32,932 bases of DNA from the sequence record SRR22947725_9170. One strand, written 5' to 3'. Below, in pieces: positions 27,760 through 32,932 of the stretch. Both the position numbers and the translations under genes were made by a program. The first letter of the stretch is position 1; each line of letters starts with the position of its first letter. The notes under the pieces were generated by a model. The model did not search any database, had not been told where the DNA came from, and saw only the letters and a list, made by a program, of their open reading frames with translations.

Positions 27760-28304
27760 CTCGCGCGCTGATTACGGCGAGCTGCTAACTCGTCTCTGGG
27801 GTCTTGCCCTGCAGTGGTGGCCTTGACCGACACCAACGAGGATTCGACCTCGCGCAGAACTTTACCCACGGCAATGCCAAAAACGCCCTGACCTTGAGAT
27901 ACCAGGTCAATGACTTCATCGTTGGAGGTGCACAGGTAGACGCTGGCGCCATCGCTCATCAATGTCGTCTCTGCCAGGTCGCTTATCCCCGAGACGCGAA
28001 GCTGTTCCACGGCAATCCTGATCTGCTGAAGGGAGATTCCCGTATCCAGAAGGCGTTTGACGAGCTTCAACACCAAAATGTCGCGGAAACCGTACAAACG
28101 CTGGGAGCCCGAGCCCTGGGCGAGTTGAACGGTCGGCGCCACCAGGTTCGTGCGGGCCCAGTAATCGAGTTGACGATAGGTAATCCCGGCGGCGTTAGCG
28201 GCGATGTTTCCCCGGTATCCCTGCTCGTGATCGATGATTGGCATTCCGTCGGTGAACAGTAAATCCTTGGCGTAACGCTCGCCCGTGTGATCCTGGGAAT
28301 CCAT
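27756..28304 (-). CDS. MerR-family transcriptional regulator (Rv1830-like)
   Basis: GITYRQLDYWART, GSGSQRLY, RLLDTGISLQQIR, TTLMSDGASVY, GQGVFGIAVG. Confidence 0.92.
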   Translation of the reverse strand: MDSQDHTGERYAKDLLFTDGMPIIDHEQGYRGNIAANAAGITYRQLDYWARTNLVAPTVQLAQGSGSQRLYGFRDILVLKLVKRLLDTGISLQQIRIAVEQLRVSGISDLAETTLMSDGASVYLCTSNDEVIDLVSQGQGVFGIAVGKVLREVESSLVSVKATTAGQDPRDELAARRNQRAS

Positions 28305-28424
28305 GTCGCACCCAACCCTAATTCTCTACTTGACCCTGAAGCTTGCGCCTTCACGATACCCGCCCGAAGGCGATTCACCGGGACCACAACTGCCGCAGTT
28401 CTCGGCGTGTCGACCCAATAGGTG

Positions 28425-29129
28425 TTATGACTCTAGTCGCTCCAAGGCTTCTCTGGTCAGAACCCCCCGCATCGTCGTCAAAACCTCGGACAACTCGCCC
28501 GCTTTGTCCCGGAACTCCGTCTTCGACATCGTCTGTGAGCCCTTTGAGGAAGCCTTGACGGCTTGGGAAACCAATCCTATTTCGCGGTCAACCGCTAGCC
28601 GCATCCCCCGCAAATGACGGGGTTCAATCCCAAATTTCGATGCCTCAACCACACATTTCAAAACGATGAGATCCTGGGCGAGATAGACCTTCTTCGCCTC
28701 AATAAGACCTGCCGACACTGCTGCATCGAGGACGCTGGCCAGCGCGCCAGAGTGGTCCGTCATGTCCTTGCGGGTGTATTTCGCGCGTTCGTTGACCGCG
28801 ACAGCCCCCTTGGCTTTCTGCCCATTGGGCAACGCGGGGTTCCTTCCCGCGTCAACCTCGTCGAGGTAATCCTTGATGACGCGCAGCGGCAGATAGTGGT
28901 CACGCTGAACCGTCAAAACAAAACGCAGCCGTTCGACATCAGCGGGGCTATAGGTCCTATATCCAGCAGGTGTCCGCTCGGGCGACACCAAATGGCGGTC
29001 TTCCAGAAATCGCAGCTTCGAGGGGGAAAGGTCAGAAAACTCAGGCGTCAGTTTGGCGAGGACTTGACCGATAGACAGAAGGGTCAGCCGGGGAGCGCCG
29101 GCGACCTGGCGCCTGGCAGAGGCGCTCAC
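28425..29129 (-). CDS. ftsR: MerR-family regulator (Rv1828/FtsR-like)
   Basis: SIGQVL, SKLRFLE, PERTPAGYR, QRDHYLPLRVIK, FGIEPRHLR; coupled to the upstream FHA gene. Confidence 0.85.
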   Translation of the reverse strand: MSASARRQVAGAPRLTLLSIGQVLAKLTPEFSDLSPSKLRFLEDRHLVSPERTPAGYRTYSPADVERLRFVLTVQRDHYLPLRVIKDYLDEVDAGRNPALPNGQKAKGAVAVNERAKYTRKDMTDHSGALASVLDAAVSAGLIEAKKVYLAQDLIVLKCVVEASKFGIEPRHLRGMRLAVDREIGLVSQAVKASSKGSQTMSKTEFRDKAGELSEVLTTMRGVLTREALERLES

Positions 29130-29593
29130 AGGGATGCTCGCGCACTGTCTAGATCGGCCCGGGACGCATAGAAAGTCATGCGGAATTTACCTACCTGCAC
29201 TTCTGCGCCATCGAGCAACAGTGCTTGATCCACCAAGACACCATCAAAATAGGTGCCGTTGAGTGAGCCCATGTCTTTGACTTCGAACGAGGTGTGGTGG
29301 CGCACGAATTCCGCGTGGCGCCTCGACACGGTGACGTCGTCAAGAAAAATATCTGCTTCGGGATGGCGTCCCGCAACAGTTGAATCCTGGTCGAGCAAAA
29401 AACGTGCGCCAGCGTTGGGGCCCTTGCGGACAATAAGAAGGGCGGAGCCCTGCGGAAGGGCCGCAATAATTTCTTGTTCTTCTAGCGAAACACCCGACTC
29501 AAGACCTTGAAGCTTCTGTTGGAAGTCAGGCCCGAACTTGACCGTGGGGTCAGGAATCCCCGCCTGGTCAGAACCGTTGGGTGTTTCGCTCAT
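29126..29593 (-). CDS. garA: FHA-domain protein GarA/OdhI
   Basis: LPQGSALLIVRKGPNAGARFLLD, GRHPEADIFLDDVTVSRRHAEF, GSLNGTY, QVGKFR. Confidence 0.9.
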   Translation of the reverse strand: MSETPNGSDQAGIPDPTVKFGPDFQQKLQGLESGVSLEEQEIIAALPQGSALLIVRKGPNAGARFLLDQDSTVAGRHPEADIFLDDVTVSRRHAEFVRHHTSFEVKDMGSLNGTYFDGVLVDQALLLDGAEVQVGKFRMTFYASRADLDSARASL

Positions 29594-29639
29594 CAGACTC
29601 CTTTGAAGACAGGTTTACACTACCCGAACTTTCGGAACC

Positions 29640-30218
29640 CTAACGCTTCGCCTTTCGCGCCACAGCGATTGCATCAGAGAGGTAAGAGAAACCGACCACC
29701 CAATAGAGCACAACAACAGTCACGGCGAGCACCCAGGCCACCGTGTTGGTGGCGGCTCCTATCGGTTCAAATACAGCCCCGAGAAAAAAGAGAGGCAACA
29801 CAAAAAGCATTCCAAATGTTGCTACTTTCCCCCACCACTTCACGGGCAAAGTGGCAGCCCCGTAGCGGGACATCACCAGGCCACCCACACCCAACAGGGC
29901 ATCACGCACCATCACCGCGGCCACGAACCACCACGGCACGACATCTTGAATGGCAAGTGCAATCACCGTTGCGGCAATGAATAATCGGTCGGCAAAAGGG
30001 TCGAGAAATTGACCCAGGCGCGTGATCTGGTTCATGGCCCGAGCGATCATTCCATCGACAAAATCAGTCAGCACCGCGGCCACCAGAAGAATAAAAGCCG
30101 TGAGAAGTTGGTCATTGATCACCAACACCAAAAAAACCGGAATAGACATGAGGCGAACCACACTGATCACATTGGCAAGAGTGAAGATTCGCGAACTCAC
30201 CTCCTGCACTTGGGCCAT
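29640..30218 (-). CDS. CDP-alcohol phosphatidyltransferase (PgsA2/Rv1822-like)
   Basis: TDFVDGMIAR...LGQFLDPFADR CDP-alcohol phosphotransferase motif; GKVAT; multi-TM. Confidence 0.9.
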   Translation of the reverse strand: MAQVQEVSSRIFTLANVISVVRLMSIPVFLVLVINDQLLTAFILLVAAVLTDFVDGMIARAMNQITRLGQFLDPFADRLFIAATVIALAIQDVVPWWFVAAVMVRDALLGVGGLVMSRYGAATLPVKWWGKVATFGMLFVLPLFFLGAVFEPIGAATNTVAWVLAVTVVVLYWVVGFSYLSDAIAVARKAKR

Positions 30219-30224
30219 AGTCTC

Positions 30225-30230
30225 AGTGTA
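30225..30230 (-). promoter_or_regulatory. -10 element of a probable leaderless pgsA-like transcript
   Basis: TACACT 6 nt before ATG 30218. Confidence 0.55.
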
Positions 30231-30317
30231 GGAGCGGGGAGGAAACTTTCAGCACTTTCCCAGCGCCGTGGCGGCGTCAATACCCTCCCGCTAGCTGTTG
30301 AGGTCTATCGTGGAGAA

Positions 30318-30776
30318 ATGTCCTGCATACGCTTCAACACCACGGCTCAACGCGAACAGCTGGCACAAGCGGTTTCCCGGGCGGACGGTGACGGTCCCGT
30401 TGCTGCCTTCCTCTCCCCCGCCATTACGGAGAGCAAAATCGCGCGCATTCGGGTGATGTCTCTGGACCCCAATCCAAAGATTCGAGAGAGTGCAGCGCTC
30501 TCGTATCACGCCCCCCTCGAAGTGTATGAAGCCCTAGCAGTAGACCCCAACGAGGGCGTACGGACGTGTCTCGCCCGGAACGCTCAAACGCCCTGCGACG
30601 TATTGCGGACCCTCGCCCGAGACTCCTCCGACACGGTCCGGGGGTTTGTCGCCATCAATTTCTCCGTGCCCGAGGACGCGATGGCGCTCCTCTCACAGGA
30701 CAAAAGCCCGACCGTTCAAAAACTTGTTGCTTGGAAATCCGCTCTCAAAGAAGATTCGGAGCTCATCAGCGCCTAG
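30318..30776 (+). CDS. Hypothetical protein with HEAT/leucine-rich-variant helical repeats
   Basis: ATG 30318 after GGAG; ~24-aa repeats (DPNPKIRESAALS, LAVDPNEGVRTCLARN, LARDSSDTVRGFVAIN, LSQDKSPTVQKLVA). Confidence 0.75.
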   Translation: MSCIRFNTTAQREQLAQAVSRADGDGPVAAFLSPAITESKIARIRVMSLDPNPKIRESAALSYHAPLEVYEALAVDPNEGVRTCLARNAQTPCDVLRTLARDSSDTVRGFVAINFSVPEDAMALLSQDKSPTVQKLVAWKSALKEDSELISA

Positions 30777-31522
30777 GTGCCCGCTTGGTGAACCCGCGCC
30801 GGCAACACAGTGGCAAGCGCTACGAGAACTTTGTACCGAAGGCTCGGTATCACCACAGCTTTCCCCAACTCCACAGCTCGCAATGAGGCTCGAACGACGT
30901 CGGAGGCTTTCAGCCACATAATTTCGGGAAAAATGTCTGTTTTCATCTCCATCCGCTGGTGGAACTCGGTCCTGGTGAAACCCGGGGCTACCGCACTTAC
31001 GTGGATTCCTTGGCGGCGATGAGTGGCATGAAGGGACCGTGCAATGCTCAACCCCCAGGCCTTGTGAGCGGAGTACGTTCCCCTCGCCAGGTAGCCGGCG
31101 ACACTCGAGACCATCACAATGCGGCCTTCGCCGCGGTCGATCATTCCCGGCAAGGCGGCTTTCATTAATTCCATGGGTGCCGTGACATGAACCGCCAGGT
31201 GATTTCTTTCCTGCTGGGAGTCACTGGAGGCTAAGGTGCCGTGGATACCGTAGCCGGCGTTGTTCACCAAGACCCGAATGGGATGTGTGTGAGAGGCCAA
31301 TCGCTTCCCCACCCGCTTCACATCGCCGGGGGAATGCAAATCCGCAACCAGAATTTCACACACAGCACCACCCTCCCGGAGGCGTGTGGCAGTCATCTCC
31401 AGGCGAGCGTTGTCTCTACCAACCAAGACGAGGGAATGGCCGCTCTGTGCGAGTTGGGCCGCATACTCGGCTCCTAGTCCGCTGCTCGCACCAGTAATCA
31501 GAGCCCAGGGAGAAGAAGTCAT
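30773..31522 (-). CDS. Short-chain dehydrogenase/reductase
   Basis: TGASSGLG, VNNAG, SSVAG, YSAHK (YxxxK), PGFTRTEFH. Confidence 0.92.
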   Translation of the reverse strand: MTSSPWALITGASSGLGAEYAAQLAQSGHSLVLVGRDNARLEMTATRLREGGAVCEILVADLHSPGDVKRVGKRLASHTHPIRVLVNNAGYGIHGTLASSDSQQERNHLAVHVTAPMELMKAALPGMIDRGEGRIVMVSSVAGYLARGTYSAHKAWGLSIARSLHATHRRQGIHVSAVAPGFTRTEFHQRMEMKTDIFPEIMWLKASDVVRASLRAVELGKAVVIPSLRYKVLVALATVLPARVHQAGT

Positions 31523-31528
31523 CCCCCG

Positions 31529-31534
31529 AGTGTA
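31529..31534 (-). promoter_or_regulatory. -10 element of a probable leaderless SDR transcript
   Basis: TACACT 6 nt before ATG 31522. Confidence 0.55.
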
Positions 31535-31549
31535 AGAGAGCGGGCGGCG

Positions 31550-31948
31550 CTAGGGGGCAATATCTGCCAATAGCTCAGTGACGCGCGCTTTGATCTCGTC
31601 TCGGATAACCCGGATGGCATCGATCCCTTGTCCCGCGGGATCCTCCAATACCCAGTCTTCGTAGCGTTTGCCGGGGAATATCGGGCAAGCATCGCCGCAC
31701 CCCATGGTGATCACCACATCAGAGTCCCGAACGGTTTCGAGGTCCAACAATTCGGGGGTGTTGTGGGTGATATCAATGCCCTCTTCCGCCATCGCAGTCA
31801 CCGCACCCGGGTTGATCGAATCTGCGGGGGCCGACCCGGCAGAAAATACTCTTACCCGGTCACCAGCCAGGTGTTGCAGATATCCTGCTGCCATTTGGGA
31901 CCGACCAGCATTATGAACACACACAAAGAGAACCGTAGGTACAGTCAT
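31550..31948 (-). CDS. arsC: Arsenate reductase ArsC (LMW phosphatase fold)
   Basis: CVHNAGRSQMA P-loop, SAGS, MGCGDACP, DP motif; AAGGAG RBS. Confidence 0.88.
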   Translation of the reverse strand: MTVPTVLFVCVHNAGRSQMAAGYLQHLAGDRVRVFSAGSAPADSINPGAVTAMAEEGIDITHNTPELLDLETVRDSDVVITMGCGDACPIFPGKRYEDWVLEDPAGQGIDAIRVIRDEIKARVTELLADIAP

Positions 31949-31970
31949 CGCCAGACTCCTTTATTTATCC

Positions 31971-32867
31971 CTACGATAAATGGCTGCGGTTAACGCGGGG
32001 TAACCAGAACCTTTCCACCAGGACCACCGAAACCACCACCAGCACACCAGCAATCGTTCCAAGCGAAACGCCCGCGAGGTTCTCCCCCGGCCCCAAAAGT
32101 TCTCGACCCTCGCCCTGCCATGGCCATAGGGCGCGAAGGGACCCAGCCATCAGCCCCGTCATGATGGCGAGTGTGATGGCGCGGTGATTTTCTAGGAGAT
32201 ACTGCAGCGCTCTGACGAACAGTGCTAGCCCTGCGAGCGCCCCCAGCGCAAACACTGCCAGATATTCAACGTTGCGATCGTTTACGGCCTCGATGGTGGG
32301 TTGGTAGAGGCCCATCACCGTCAGAAGGAACGACCCGGAGACTCCCGGTAGCACCAGAGCACACATAGCGAGGGCAGCAGCGGGCGCAACCGCCCAGAAA
32401 GAAGGGTCGGGGTTGTTGAGGGGTCCCATACCGGTGAAGACCACCATGAGCGTCGCAGCAGCCAGTGCGGCGAGGCCCAAGCGGGTATTCCATGAACCGA
32501 CCATTCGCCAAGGGATCCAGAGCGAGGCAAGAATCAAGCCGGCAAAGACACCCCGCGTTTCCTCCGGAAACTCCGTCACAACCGGCTCTAACAACGCTGC
32601 GCCCAGAATGACTCCCCCAGCCATTCCCATCAGTACCGGAATCACCACTACCCATCCGACTCCGGAAAGTTCCCTTCGGGAGACGGCAAGCTTTCCTCGA
32701 AAAAGACCGACGCCTGCGCGCACAAATCGGGCAGCACCATCAATCAGGGCCCCATAGACTCCCACCACCAGAGCGATGGTTCCCCCGCTCACCCCCGGGA
32801 CCGTCTCGGCCAGACCGATGAGAAACCCACGAAAACCTGTGGAGACCACCCGAAAAAAACTGCGCAT
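31971..32867 (-). CDS. DUF368 family membrane protein (putative undecaprenyl-phosphate translocase)
   Basis: Duplicated motif AETVPGVSGGT / LVLPGVSGS, GLMAGSLRALWPWQ; multi-TM. Confidence 0.9.
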   Translation of the reverse strand: MRSFFRVVSTGFRGFLIGLAETVPGVSGGTIALVVGVYGALIDGAARFVRAGVGLFRGKLAVSRRELSGVGWVVVIPVLMGMAGGVILGAALLEPVVTEFPEETRGVFAGLILASLWIPWRMVGSWNTRLGLAALAAATLMVVFTGMGPLNNPDPSFWAVAPAAALAMCALVLPGVSGSFLLTVMGLYQPTIEAVNDRNVEYLAVFALGALAGLALFVRALQYLLENHRAITLAIMTGLMAGSLRALWPWQGEGRELLGPGENLAGVSLGTIAGVLVVVSVVLVERFWLPRVNRSHLS

Positions 32868-32932
32868 TATTGGGGCGAGAAAAGGTCAAGGATTTGGGGA
32901 CCCGCCACGATCACAATGGCAAGCAGCAAACC

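Noticed and set aside
30009-30317. N-terminal extension of the 255-aa plus-strand ORF
   Set aside because: Antisense to the CDP-alcohol phosphatidyltransferase gene; the SD and protein-like sequence begin at ATG 30318.
74-32757. Numerous antisense and alternate-frame ORFs (e.g. 1764-2603, 17838-18572, 22608-23258)
   Set aside because: They are shadows of well-supported genes in GC-rich DNA and have no recognisable motifs.
1-32932. CRISPR arrays, IS elements, integrases, prophage genes, tRNA/rRNA
   Set aside because: No repeat-spacer pattern, transposase/integrase motif or sufficiently long unexplained intergenic region was seen.

Overview
Gene-dense, GC-rich housekeeping region of an actinobacterium. 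Gene order and protein signatures point to Microbacteriaceae, and the very short intergenic spaces suggest a streamlined genome (inference). Bases 1-11.7 kb hold the minus-strand dcw cluster: DUF3040-mraZ-[mraW RNA hairpin]-rsmH-ftsL-ftsI-murE-murF*-mraY-murD*-ftsW-murG-murC (partial). The conserved actinobacterial block follows: idsA, Rv2175c-like, LysM protein, pknL-like, class II DAHP synthase, plsC, glk, fadD, def, MinD/ParA ATPase, pyc, ParA, two MerR-type regulators, garA, pgsA-like, a helical-repeat protein, an SDR, arsC and DUF368. No mobile elements, CRISPR arrays, tRNA or rRNA were seen. The main anomaly is in the Mur ligases. The gene at the murD position is an uninterrupted ORF that has lost its catalytic motifs and its whole C-terminal domain. 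The gene at the murF position is only a C-terminal domain with its catalytic motifs erased. Both keep lineage-type non-catalytic segments and translational coupling, and MurE has altered substrate-pocket motifs. This suggests retained Mur pseudoenzymes and a remodelled stem-peptide pathway. Motif comparisons are from recalled family consensus, not from a computed alignment.
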